Below, one piece after another: positions 8,545 to 17,950 of a DNA stretch of 64,000 nucleotides. Where the stretch lies: positions 19,745-83,744 of IMG/VR virus record IMGVR_UViG_3300015245_000002; one strand, 5' to 3'. A program made the translations under genes and the position numbers. The DNA comes from a virus. The stretch's first letter is position 1. The number at the start of each line of letters is the position of its first letter. The notes below the pieces were generated by a model. The model was not told where the DNA came from. It saw nothing but the letters and a program-made list of their open reading frames with translations, and did no database searches.

Positions 8545-8814
8545 ATGTCGGATCCGAGAGATGCCCTTCGCGCTGCGATGCGCGATCGGGGCTACACGCA
8601 CGAGCGACTGCTGCTTGAATCGGGCCTGAAATGCGATCTAAGCTCCCTGAACCGCAAGCTAAACGGCGGTCAGGGACTCGAAGCACATGAGGCACGTGAT
8701 CTTGCACGCGTACTCGGCGTGCGCGTCGCCGGCATCGACCGCATGCTGGCGCTGGCCGACACCATCGGCGCCATTGCGACGTGGCCCGCGGATCGAAGGA
8801 GAGGTGAGTCATGA
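8545..8814 (+). CDS. Cro-like XRE-family HTH regulator
   Basis: LRAAMRDRGYTHERLL...DLSSLNRKLNG...EARDLARVLGV. Confidence 0.8.
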   Translation: MSDPRDALRAAMRDRGYTHERLLLESGLKCDLSSLNRKLNGGQGLEAHEARDLARVLGVRVAGIDRMLALADTIGAIATWPADRRRGES

Positions 8815-9029
8815 TCGTAGGCGAAACAAGTAGCCACCCGGGCGATGGTCCACAACAGGACCATGCGTACAGTGCAACCGGAAAGCAATCCGGAGTGTTG
8901 TGGTCGGTCGTCGCGGCGTACGTCGCGATCGTCGCCCTCGGACCGCACGACATTGCCTGGCTCGCTCTGGTCGGCGTGTCGTTGTCTGCCACGGCTCTAC
9001 TGATCGTCATCCTGGACCGGGACGCATGA
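8811..9029 (+). CDS. Small membrane protein
   Basis: Two hydrophobic segments, ATGA overlaps. Confidence 0.55.
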   Translation: MIVGETSSHPGDGPQQDHAYSATGKQSGVLWSVVAAYVAIVALGPHDIAWLALVGVSLSATALLIVILDRDA

Positions 9030-9826
9030 CGCCGGAAGACGTAATCGTGAGGATGAGCAGACTCAGAGTTCCGCTCGCGCATGTCGCGGCGCATCTGGCC
9101 ATGCACGATCGGATCTCGATCGCCGCAGCGGCTCGCATCGTCGCGGATCTGACAGGCGAGCGCGTCATGGCAGCTGCTGCTGTCGCGGCGTGGCGGAAGC
9201 TGTACCCAGGTCGCCGGCCATTCGACCGCGAGCTACGTCCGCGATCGTCCAATTCGCAGTCGGCTAAGGCCGTCGAGTGGATCGAGGCCAACGGCGGGTC
9301 GCTGACCGACGGTGCACTTAGGTTCGGCGTCACCGCACAGTCAGTGTCTCGGCGCTGGCATCGGGTCCACGGGGACACTCCGACGCCGCTGGGACAGCGC
9401 AGCGCCCGGGTACGAGTCGAGGTGGTCGAGCTGCTACGGCGAGGCATGAGCCTGCGAACTGCGGCCCGCGTCGTTGGGACCTCGCACAGCACTGCGGAGC
9501 GGTTCGCGAAAGCCGCTGGAGTCTCCACGGTAGAGATTGCTGCGCAGCGGAGAGCGGAGGTCCGCCAGCGGATCGTCGCGGAACTGGCTGCTGGAGCGAC
9601 CCTGCAGGATGCCGGGATCAACGCTGGCGTCTCTCGTCGCCTCGCGACGTGCCTCGCCGCCGAGGCCGGCGTCCGTCCTGCAGCACGGAGCAGCCGCCGC
9701 GACGGGTGCATGGCTCGCGCAGTAGCGCTGGTCCACGGCGGGATGAGCGTGGTGGCGGCTTGTAGGTCCGAGCGCTGCTCGGAGACGGGCGTGTACATCA
9801 GGACCAGGGAATTGAGGCAGAGGTGA
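9026..9826 (+). CDS. Multi-HTH DNA-binding protein (paralog 1)
   Basis: About five tandem HTH-like units (e.g. GMSLRTAARVVGTSHSTAERF); start ATG 9026. Confidence 0.7.
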   Translation: MTPEDVIVRMSRLRVPLAHVAAHLAMHDRISIAAAARIVADLTGERVMAAAAVAAWRKLYPGRRPFDRELRPRSSNSQSAKAVEWIEANGGSLTDGALRFGVTAQSVSRRWHRVHGDTPTPLGQRSARVRVEVVELLRRGMSLRTAARVVGTSHSTAERFAKAAGVSTVEIAAQRRAEVRQRIVAELAAGATLQDAGINAGVSRRLATCLAAEAGVRPAARSSRRDGCMARAVALVHGGMSVVAACRSERCSETGVYIRTRELRQR

Positions 9827-9974
9827 CCCGCCGAGAGCGTCGAGCCGCGGTGATCGCGAAGCGGCTGGCAAGCAAGACGCGCGGCGCGGTACCACCGCTG
9901 CTCGAAGGATCGGCACGAGCCGATGATCCGAAGTGGCATGTGGTGTGGGTGGACACGGATAAGGAGCAGATCTG

Positions 9975-10172
9975 ATGATGCGATGGGTTCGAGGCTGGAG
10001 TTTATTCGACTGGGTTCTCTTGGTTATCGTGATCACGTTCGCCGCGAGCCAGTTCAGCTACGCGGTCGACTGGGTAGATCGACGATCGTGTCGCACCAAC
10101 GGCGGCCGAGTCATTGAAAGTGAGCATCATGACTGGCGCTGCGCAACGACACCGCCAGAGCGTGCGCCGTGA
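9975..10172 (+). CDS. Small membrane protein
   Basis: TM segment followed by C..NGG....C; AAGGAG RBS. Confidence 0.55.
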   Translation: MMRWVRGWSLFDWVLLVIVITFAASQFSYAVDWVDRRSCRTNGGRVIESEHHDWRCATTPPERAP

Positions 10173-10608
10173 GCGCCCCACCATGCATCTGGTGCCACGA
10201 CGCCAACTGCTCACCGAGGAATTCACCCGAGCATTACTGCCTGGACTGCGAGGCGCCACTCGAACCGTGTCAGTGTCGTTCGGGCTGCCCAGGCGGACAG
10301 TGCTCGGGTGGATGTCGCTCAACTCCAGAGGTCGGGTACATCCCATGACAATCTCGATCACCGTCCACTCGGCCCGCGAAGTCTCCGTCCACGATGAGCC
10401 AGGCCCGATCGCTCGACTCATCGGACGGCGCCGCAGGGACTATGCCGCCTTCCTCGCCGTCGATGACTGGTTCGGGCCGGACAACCGATCACTGCCGGAT
10501 CGGCTGCAAGATCGGATCGATCGCGCAGTGACGCGGTGGTTCGCGCAGAACCGAATCGACGGACTCAAGAGACAGTAGTTCCCGACACCGTCGGGTAGGA
10601 GCTCACAG

Positions 10609-11196
10609 GTGACATACACGAGTCGTAGGCCGCGCGTCCTGGTAGACGTCGACGGTGTGCTGGCCGATTTCATGGGCGCAGCGCTGAAAATCATCAATCG
10701 AGAGCTCGGGACTCTTCACGTTATCGAGGACGTGACCGAGTTCGATTTCGCCAAAGCACTCGGCCTGAGCGCCATGGATGCCACGACGGTCAAACGCGCC
10801 ATCGGCAACGAACCAAGGCTTGCGGCCGGACTCGGCGTTCTGGCCGGCTCGGTTGATGGCATGCGCGCGCTACGCAGCGTCTCCGACGTCTACATCGTCA
10901 CTTCATCCTGGGACAGCAACGAGACATGGGAGTTCGATCGCAAGGCGTGGTTGCGCAGGAACTTCGACATCCATCACCACGAAATCGTGTTCACCGCGGC
11001 CAAGCATGTCTGCGGAGGCGACTTCCTCGTCGATGACAGGACCGAGACGCTCGTGCGATGGCAAGCCGAGCATCCGAGTGGCCGCGCTGTGCAGTGGCGG
11101 ACGTTGCACAACCGGCGCGACGAGTGGAATGGAATCAGCACAGCGTCCTGGGGCAAGATCATCGATCTCGTTCGTCGTCGAGTCGGGTGTCCATGA
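10609..11196 (+). CDS. 5'(3')-deoxyribonucleotidase, NT5C/HAD family
   Basis: LVDVDGVLADF motif I, YIVTS, K.WL, K...GDFLVDD motif. Confidence 0.9.
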   Translation: MTYTSRRPRVLVDVDGVLADFMGAALKIINRELGTLHVIEDVTEFDFAKALGLSAMDATTVKRAIGNEPRLAAGLGVLAGSVDGMRALRSVSDVYIVTSSWDSNETWEFDRKAWLRRNFDIHHHEIVFTAAKHVCGGDFLVDDRTETLVRWQAEHPSGRAVQWRTLHNRRDEWNGISTASWGKIIDLVRRRVGCP

Positions 11197-11356
11197 TCCG
11201 CGTCAACCACAGTATGATCGGCCCATTCGACGTGCGCTGCCCTACGTGCAGCGCAGGCATTGGCTCGGCATGCCACAGCGATCGTCGGCGATCGCTGATC
11301 GATCCGACTCCGCCGCCGCACCCGTTGCGAGTCACACGAGCAGCAAGAGGTAACAG

Positions 11357-11647
11357 ATGATCCGCGTCACCATCGCCCTATCAGGCGACAGATTTCACTC
11401 GATCCTCGCCTATGTCTATGGGGACTGGGCAGTGCACAGCGACGGCACCCCCGAGGGGTGGAGAGTCACGCTGCTGAATTCCGGCCGCAGCGCGAACCCG
11501 ATCAGCATGTCAAAAGCCGGCGCCCGGCGTGCCGCGGCCTGGCTCCAGAGACACATCACCCACGACGAGATCCTCGACTGGGCAGAGCTCAACGAAAGCG
11601 TCAAGGCACGGATCCAGCAGGGCATCGAGATCGGAGCGGATAAATGA
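11357..11647 (+). CDS. Hypothetical phage protein
   Basis: 96-aa ORF with GAGG RBS, ATGA coupling. Confidence 0.55.
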   Translation: MIRVTIALSGDRFHSILAYVYGDWAVHSDGTPEGWRVTLLNSGRSANPISMSKAGARRAAAWLQRHITHDEILDWAELNESVKARIQQGIEIGADK

Positions 11648-11913
11648 CCCAACGACGGTCCTACTCCAGGTGGAACCCTAAGACCGGAGATGTCGACTGG
11701 ATCGATCCATCCACGCCGGTCACGCCGCCGCGGGTCCGCTCACGTATCGAGACTGACGATGAGGTCCGGGCACGGCTCACGCCAGCGCATCACGCGCAGA
11801 ACCCGCACTATCCGCCGGAGCACTTCCGCGGGACGCATGGTCGATCGCTCGACGACTTGCTCAAGATCTACGGACTACCGCCCAGGCGGTATGTCGACGA
11901 GGTGATCTCATGA
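11644..11913 (+). CDS. Hypothetical phage protein
   Basis: 89-aa ORF, ATGA coupling on both sides. Confidence 0.55.
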   Translation: MTQRRSYSRWNPKTGDVDWIDPSTPVTPPRVRSRIETDDEVRARLTPAHHAQNPHYPPEHFRGTHGRSLDDLLKIYGLPPRRYVDEVIS

Positions 11914-12170
11914 AGGCCCCCGGCAGACGCACTCGCGAAGATGCAGCCCTGATATGTGCGGTCGCAGAGAGCACGTTCGCCGGCATGGGATACCGCGCGA
12001 TCGGAAGGTGGCTCAATGTCAGCAGAGCTGCGTGCGATCTTGCCATCAGCGCCGAGTCGGCAGTGTTTGACGTATCCGTCGATGGCACACAAGGCGATGC
12101 AGAGGCCGAATCTCTACTGCGCTGCGGCTGGTGCCCTGGTGATCTGATCGAGCGCAGGGGTGCGAAATGA
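11910..12170 (+). CDS. Hypothetical phage protein
   Basis: 86-aa ORF, ATGA coupling. Confidence 0.55.
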   Translation: MKAPGRRTREDAALICAVAESTFAGMGYRAIGRWLNVSRAACDLAISAESAVFDVSVDGTQGDAEAESLLRCGWCPGDLIERRGAK

Positions 12171-12523
12171 CCCCGCTCGCGCTCCACCGCGCCGAGGTCC
12201 GCCGTCTACGGGCCAGCGGCTACCACACCACGAGTCGGGTCCGAGTCGCGGTCCGCTACGCCGTGATCATGGACTGCTCCATCACCGAGGCGGCTCGTGT
12301 CCTCGGGGTCTCCGCCGGCGGCGTCTGGCATGCCTGGGATCGGATGTTCCCGGATCTACCGCATCCGCTGGAACCAGCGGGCCGGGCCGGACGCGGTGAG
12401 TACGCGCTCGAGCTCGTCGACAGTGGCATGTCCACGCGGGCCGCAGCCGCTACAGCCCGCGTGTGCGTTCAGACCATTTACGGCGCGCGATCGAGACGAC
12501 GCGCGGAAGCGCGGGGGACGTGA
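12167..12523 (+). CDS. Multi-HTH DNA-binding protein (paralog 2)
   Basis: CSITEAARVLGVSAGGVWHAW and GMSTRAAAATARVCVQTIY HTH units. Confidence 0.65.
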   Translation: MTPLALHRAEVRRLRASGYHTTSRVRVAVRYAVIMDCSITEAARVLGVSAGGVWHAWDRMFPDLPHPLEPAGRAGRGEYALELVDSGMSTRAAAATARVCVQTIYGARSRRRAEARGT

Positions 12524-12702
12524 AGCCGCTGCGCAAGATCGCCAGCGACGCGGTTCGTTTCTTCTCTAAGACCATGCGATCCGGCAATGGCCGTCTCGAG
12601 TGGATCGGCGGGATCGTTCGCGCTACCGCAATTCACATGGGGATATCGCCACCCACAGCATATGGTGCCGTGGGTGGTGCAAACTGGAAGTATGTAAAAT
12701 GA
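12520..12702 (+). pseudogene. HNH homing endonuclease remnant (catalytic core deleted)
   Basis: RFFSK...G.LEW.G N-terminus joined directly to GISPPTAYGAVGGANWKYV C-terminal HTH end; no HNH motif between. Confidence 0.5.
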
Positions 12703-13268
12703 GTAGCGCCTACAGCGTAATCGTCGCAGATCCACCTTGGGCACCGCGCGACAAGTTGCCTGGCAAGACCCGCGGCGCGGCCAAGCAGTACCGTGTGCTA
12801 TCGACGCCGCAGATCTGCTCGTTCCTCGTCGACAACAGCGTCCGGGTCGCCGATAACGCGCTGCTGTTCCTCTGGAGGATCGCCAGCATGCAGCGCGACG
12901 CGCTGGACGTCGCGCTGGCCTGGGGGTTCGACGTCAAGGCCGAGTTCGTGTGGCGCAAGCTGACGCGGACCGGAAAACCGCACTTCGGCATGGGCCGATA
13001 CGTCCGCAACGGTCACGAGGTGTGCCTGATCGGTGCACGCGGTCAGGCGGCCAAGTTGATCGCCAGCCACAGCGTGCGATCGGTGTTCGAGGCGTCGGTG
13101 CCAGCCGACGCAGACGGCAAGATCATCCACAGCAAAAAGCCCGAGGCGTTCTGGACCGAGGTCGTCGAGCCGCTGACCACCGGCTACGGCATCGAGCTGT
13201 TTGCGCGCACACGGCGACTCGGCTGGGACGCGATCGGCGATCAACTACCCGCGCAGGAGGCCACATGA
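12699..13268 (+). CDS. MT-A70 family adenine methyltransferase
   Basis: YSVIVADPPW, LFLW, WGF, FGMGRYVRNGHE, HSKKPE, IELFAR...GWDAIGDQ. Confidence 0.93.
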   Translation: MSSAYSVIVADPPWAPRDKLPGKTRGAAKQYRVLSTPQICSFLVDNSVRVADNALLFLWRIASMQRDALDVALAWGFDVKAEFVWRKLTRTGKPHFGMGRYVRNGHEVCLIGARGQAAKLIASHSVRSVFEASVPADADGKIIHSKKPEAFWTEVVEPLTTGYGIELFARTRRLGWDAIGDQLPAQEAT

Positions 13269-13924
13269 GGCGCCCGGTCGCCGCCCGCCCCTCCTCCTGC
13301 GCGATCTGCGTCGATCGCCCGCCGACGGTGTACCGCCAGCTCGAGGGCGACGATTTCTCCTGCTGGATCTGCTCGGAGTGCGACGGGGAGTCGATCGCAC
13401 CGGCGCGCCCGCGCCGTGACCGTGGCTACGAAGTCCCTGAGCGCTCGGTTCGGTCCGGAAGCACTCTCGAGCAGTTCAGAACCGGATCCGCTCTCGTGGC
13501 TCCCGCCACCTCGCCGCGCGTCCCGTACATCGGACGCGACCCGACGCCTGGGTTCTTGCTCGTCAAGGTCCCGCGCAGCCGTGCGCGAGTCCCCATCGAT
13601 CGTCGCCAAGCGCTGGACACCCTCAGCGGGAAGCCTTGGTTCGCAGAGGTCCGCTACGTCGGCTGTGATGTTCGCTGGTACGTGTTCGAGCGTCCCGATG
13701 ACAAGCTTTCCGCAGCCGCGCGGCGGGCACCGACGTACGACGTAACGGAAGCGCTGAAACAGATGAGTTCTACGTCGCGCGAGCGCGAGTATCAGGCCGA
13801 CCGCCGCGATGCGGCGCGCGCCGCTGGCAGTTGCATCAACGAAACGAACGCGGGCACACACGGAATGGCGACGGATGGTGTCAGGTGTGCGACGTGCGCG
13901 GCAACGCATCGGAGGTCGGCATGA
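13265..13924 (+). CDS. Hypothetical Zn-finger-containing protein
   Basis: CAIC...CSEC N-terminal and C...H...CATC C-terminal; start ATG 13265. Confidence 0.6.
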   Translation: MRRPVAARPSSCAICVDRPPTVYRQLEGDDFSCWICSECDGESIAPARPRRDRGYEVPERSVRSGSTLEQFRTGSALVAPATSPRVPYIGRDPTPGFLLVKVPRSRARVPIDRRQALDTLSGKPWFAEVRYVGCDVRWYVFERPDDKLSAAARRAPTYDVTEALKQMSSTSREREYQADRRDAARAAGSCINETNAGTHGMATDGVRCATCAATHRRSA

Positions 13925-14343
13925 AGCTCATCGATCTCAAGGAACTCTGCAAGTTGTACATCCCCAAGGCGTCGAGGCACCCCGCGTCGATCCGCGGTCC
14001 CGGAGACTGGTGGCCGGCGCACGAACTCGGCCACCTGCTCACGGTGCCGCGGCGGACGATAGGTAAGCCGCTCTTCGGCATGGATACCACCACGGGCACA
14101 TGGGCGCCGGACTTCGATCGGGTCTCCGCCTATGAGATCGCCGCGATGTTCATCAGCGAACGGCTGCTCGTGGCGTGCGGCAGGACCGACCTGTTCGACG
14201 AGGAGGTTGCCAACACGGACCCCGAAATCAAGGAGTACGGTTCCCGATCTCGCGCATCGCAGATCTTGCGCCGAAGGTGCCCGCGGGTATCGACCACACG
14301 CGCGGGGCTCGAGCGGATGTGCCGTCGGGCGGTGGGCAGATGA
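13921..14343 (+). CDS. HExxH zincin-motif protein (ImmA/IrrE-like metallopeptidase?)
   Basis: AHELGHLL with downstream YEIAA glutamate. Confidence 0.5.
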   Translation: MKLIDLKELCKLYIPKASRHPASIRGPGDWWPAHELGHLLTVPRRTIGKPLFGMDTTTGTWAPDFDRVSAYEIAAMFISERLLVACGRTDLFDEEVANTDPEIKEYGSRSRASQILRRRCPRVSTTRAGLERMCRRAVGR

Positions 14344-14609
14344 CCCCTGTCTGGATCCGTACTCACCGCCAGTGGTGCGTGCTCCGCTACGCCGATCCGT
14401 CCGGCTGCATCTCCACGCTCTGCCTCGATAGCTATGAGCGGCCCACGGGCCTCATGCTGCGCACCACGGATCCAGGCGCGGATGCCTGCACCGCGTGCCG
14501 AAACGAGATCCGTGCGGGTACGCAGGGCGCGGCCGTGGCCGTCGGAAGAGTGAAGACAAGGGACCTCAGACCACCGGTTGAAGTGGAGATCGAGGAGTGG
14601 GGACCATGA
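14340..14609 (+). CDS. Hypothetical Cys-containing protein
   Basis: MTPVWIRTHRQWC...CTAC; ATGA overlaps. Confidence 0.5.
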   Translation: MTPVWIRTHRQWCVLRYADPSGCISTLCLDSYERPTGLMLRTTDPGADACTACRNEIRAGTQGAAVAVGRVKTRDLRPPVEVEIEEWGP

Positions 14610-15046
14610 AGCTAAAAATAGTCCCGATGACAGTGACAGCAGCAAGGGCCTTTGTGAAGGAACACCACAGACATCTTCCGGACATCCAGGGCGGACTATT
14701 CGCCGCCGGAGTATCGATTGATAACGAAACCAAGGGAGTGGCCATCGCCGGAAACCCAGCGCGCGTTTGGCAGGGAACGGGGCGAATCGTAATCGCACGT
14801 GTTGCGACCGACGAGACGCGCAATGCGTGCTCAATGCTTTACGGATCACTGTGTAGGGCAGCCGCTGCCCTGGGGTACATCGAAGCGTGGACGTATACGC
14901 TTCCCGACGAACCAGGAACGTCATTACGCGCGGCAGGATTCACGCTGATCGGCGTATCTGCCGGTGGAGAACACAATCGTCCATCGCGCCCACGCGGCCC
15001 GGCCGTTTGCCCACAGCCCAAACAGCGATGGATGAGGAAATTGTGA
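14606..15046 (+). CDS. XF1762-family / Mom-like GNAT DNA-modification protein
   Basis: A.AFV..HHRH, GVAI.G.P, R.ATD..RNACSMLYG...RAA.ALGY....TYTL..E.G.SLRAAG signature. Confidence 0.82.
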   Translation: MKLKIVPMTVTAARAFVKEHHRHLPDIQGGLFAAGVSIDNETKGVAIAGNPARVWQGTGRIVIARVATDETRNACSMLYGSLCRAAAALGYIEAWTYTLPDEPGTSLRAAGFTLIGVSAGGEHNRPSRPRGPAVCPQPKQRWMRKL

Positions 15047-15773
15047 CCGATCCATTTCACGAACTCTGCCAAATCCTGCGCGAGATCGGGGCAACGCTGA
15101 CCTATTACGGCGGGCGGGGACCATTGAGCCGTTCGCCGGCGCCGCTGGGTACTCGCTCCGATACCCAGAGCGGCAGGTGATCCTCGTCGAGAAGTATCAC
15201 GTCATCGCCGAGATCTGGCGGTGGCTGATCGGCGCCGACCCGGCGGAGATCCGCGCCATCCCGGAGGTCGATGCGGTCGCGGATCTACCCGAGTGGGTGC
15301 CACAGGGGGCGCGGTGGCTGGTGGGGTTCTCGATGAACTCGGTGGCGTCGACTCCGAGGCGAACACTATCTGCCGGACGACGGATGCTGCGAGCCGCAAA
15401 CCGTCAGTTCGAGGGATGGACGCCGAGCCTGCGAGACCGCGTCTCCCAACAGGTCACAGCGATTCGGCATTGGCGCATCGTCGAAGGCGACTACACCGCA
15501 GCGCCAGATATCGAGGCCACGCAGTACATTGACCCTCCGTACCAAGGACGGCCAGGTTCTCACTACACGCATGGCAGCAGAAAAATCGACTACCCTGCTC
15601 TCGCGCGCTGGTGCCGCGCGCGCCGCGGCCAGACCATCGTCTGCGAGTCAGCCACAGCCGACTGGCTCCCGTTCGTGCCGTTCGGCTCCGTGCGTGGCAT
15701 GTCCGGCGCCGCGTCCCGCGAAGCGATCTGGTGGTCGGACTCGGCGAAGCAACAAGAGCTGATGCCGTGGTGA
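15043..15773 (+). pseudogene. Dam/D12-class adenine methyltransferase, frameshifted near 5' end
   Basis: YYGG in one frame (15103-15114), TIEPFAGAAGYS...YIDPPY in the -1 frame from 15120 with no upstream start codon. Confidence 0.72.
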
Positions 15774-15975
15774 CCTCCGACCTCTGCTCCAATTGCCACC
15801 GCCCCGCGATCGCACTCGCCATCCTCACCCACCACACCGGTCCGTATCAGCTCTGCGCGAGCTGCTACGGGCATGACGGCGAGCGGCGCGCGCCCGCGCC
15901 GGCCTGGTCCACTGCACCGGCGCCAGCACCGAAGACATCCACCCCGCGCCATATCACTCGAGAAATGGACCTCAA

Positions 15976-16266
15976 ATGACCGCCATCATCCTTCCGCGCC
16001 AGTACGGCGTAAAGCTCGTGTGCAATGGCTGCGGCGCGACCCAGCGAACCGCCATGTGCGGGATCCGCGCGAGCCGCAAATGGTTCGCTACCCATGGTTG
16101 GGGCCGCGGATCGTACCGCGGATCGCGCTACCGGACACCTACGACGTCGTATGACCTATGTCCGGTCTGCCTCGCCGTGGACCACACAGCCAAGGCAGCG
16201 CGCGGTGCCAGGCGCGCCGCGCAGATCACGGCCCGCGACGCGAAGAGGAAGCAACGCGCGGCGTGA
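15976..16266 (+). CDS. Zn-finger protein
   Basis: CNGC...GW...DLCPVC. Confidence 0.55.
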   Translation: MTAIILPRQYGVKLVCNGCGATQRTAMCGIRASRKWFATHGWGRGSYRGSRYRTPTTSYDLCPVCLAVDHTAKAARGARRAAQITARDAKRKQRAA

Positions 16267-17600
16267 CCGCGCTTCGTCCATATCAGGAGCGCGCGATCGA
16301 AGCGCTCCGCCGCAGTTACACCAGCGGACGCCGCGCACCTTGCCTCGTTCTTCCCACCGGATCAGGGAAAACGGTCATCGCGGCCACGATCATATCCGGC
16401 GCTCAGGCGCGCGGAAACAGGGCACTATTCGTCGCGCCGCGTCGCGAGCTCATTCAACAGACCGTCCGCAAACTAGCCGACGCAGGGATCTGGGATGTGC
16501 GGGTAATCCAGGCGTCGAACGACACCGGTCGGCCCGACGCCCCGGTGATCGTTGGCTCGATTCAGACCCTGACCATGGCGCGCTGGCTCGGCCAACTCCC
16601 ACCGGCCGAGCTCGTGATCCCGGACGAATGCCATCATCTAGTCTCCGATCACTGGAGTAAACTGGCCGCCGCTTATCCACAGGCGCGCTGGCTCGGGCTC
16701 ACCGCGACACCAGAGCGCAGCGATGGCCGGCCGCTGGGCGATGTCTTCGACGATCTGATCGTCGGCGCTTCGGTTCGCGAGCTCATGGAACTCGGCTACC
16801 TCGTCCCATGCCGCGTCTTCGCGCCGCCAGAGGCGCTCGAAACCGCACAGCTCGCAACCGATCCGGTCGCGGCATATATGACTTATGGCGAAGGCGGCAG
16901 AGCCATCGTGTTCTGCGTCACCGTGGATCACGCGACCCAGGTCACCGCCGCGTTCATCGCCGCAGACATTCCGGCCGGCCTGGTCACCGGATCCTGCGCA
17001 GTTGCAGATCGCTCCAGTGTTCTGCAGCGCTTCTCCGCTGGCGAACTCCGGGTCTGCGTCAACGTCAACGTGTTGACCGAAGGCTTCGACGATCCGCCGG
17101 TGTCGTGCTGCATCCTGGCCCGCAAACCACAACACGCTGGCACGTTTTTGCAGATGGTCGGCCGCGTACTGCGCCCCGCGCCGGGCAAATCCAGAGCAAC
17201 CGTCGTAGATCTCTGCGGCTCGGTACACGAACATGGTCCTCCTGACCTGGAACGCGAATACAGCCTTGACGGCAAGGCGATCAGCGGCGTCGGGCGCATT
17301 CCGATACGGCAGTGTCCGAGCTGTGGATGTGTGTTTCGCGCCGGACCGCAGGCATGTCCGGAATGCGGAACACAACTGCCCGCGCATGTCGTAGAGTCGC
17401 CACGATCGGTCGGTGTCGGGCTCGTCGATATCGCCACGTTGCCCCGCGCGCTAAAACGCGTCTATACCTTGTCAATCACGGCGAAATTCCCCGGTAGGTG
17501 CCATAAGTGCACCGGATCTATCGATCCTGGTCAGCAAATCTATTGGGCCAAAGGCGAGAAACCACGACACGTCGAGTGCCGTAACGCGGAGGCTGTATGA
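16263..17600 (+). CDS. SF2 DEAD/DEAH-box helicase with C-terminal Zn ribbons
   Basis: LRPYQ, LPTGSGKT, DECHH, GLTATPER, LTEGFD, QMVGRVLR; CPSC..CPEC; GTG start 16263. Confidence 0.95.
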   Translation: MTALRPYQERAIEALRRSYTSGRRAPCLVLPTGSGKTVIAATIISGAQARGNRALFVAPRRELIQQTVRKLADAGIWDVRVIQASNDTGRPDAPVIVGSIQTLTMARWLGQLPPAELVIPDECHHLVSDHWSKLAAAYPQARWLGLTATPERSDGRPLGDVFDDLIVGASVRELMELGYLVPCRVFAPPEALETAQLATDPVAAYMTYGEGGRAIVFCVTVDHATQVTAAFIAADIPAGLVTGSCAVADRSSVLQRFSAGELRVCVNVNVLTEGFDDPPVSCCILARKPQHAGTFLQMVGRVLRPAPGKSRATVVDLCGSVHEHGPPDLEREYSLDGKAISGVGRIPIRQCPSCGCVFRAGPQACPECGTQLPAHVVESPRSVGVGLVDIATLPRALKRVYTLSITAKFPGRCHKCTGSIDPGQQIYWAKGEKPRHVECRNAEAV

Positions 17601-17950
17601 GCCGCTCTCAGCAAGAAACGTTGATCATGGATCAGATCCGGCTCGCCCTGGGCCGAGATCCCGGTGTGCTGTTGTTCCGGAACAACATCGGTTCAGCGCA
17701 GATGCACGGTGGGTTCCGCGTCACTTTTGGTGTCGGCGGCCCTGGCGGAGCGGATTTACTGGGCATTCTCGACGCGCGCCCGCTGGCCATCGAGGTAAAA
17801 TCCGCCACCGGGCGGCAGTCACCGGAGCAGCGGCGTTTTCAGGTCCTGTGGGAAGCGCGCGGTGGGATCTATCTGATGCCGCGCAACGTCGACGAAGCGG
17901 TTGCTCAGGTATCCGATGCACGGTCCGCGTCTCGCGCCGGCGGCCAGTAA
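17597..17950 (+). CDS. VRR-NUC domain nuclease
   Basis: FRNN.G, G.ADL.G, AIEVKS.TGR.SPEQ..F, GG.Y. Confidence 0.9.
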   Translation: MSRSQQETLIMDQIRLALGRDPGVLLFRNNIGSAQMHGGFRVTFGVGGPGGADLLGILDARPLAIEVKSATGRQSPEQRRFQVLWEARGGIYLMPRNVDEAVAQVSDARSASRAGGQ

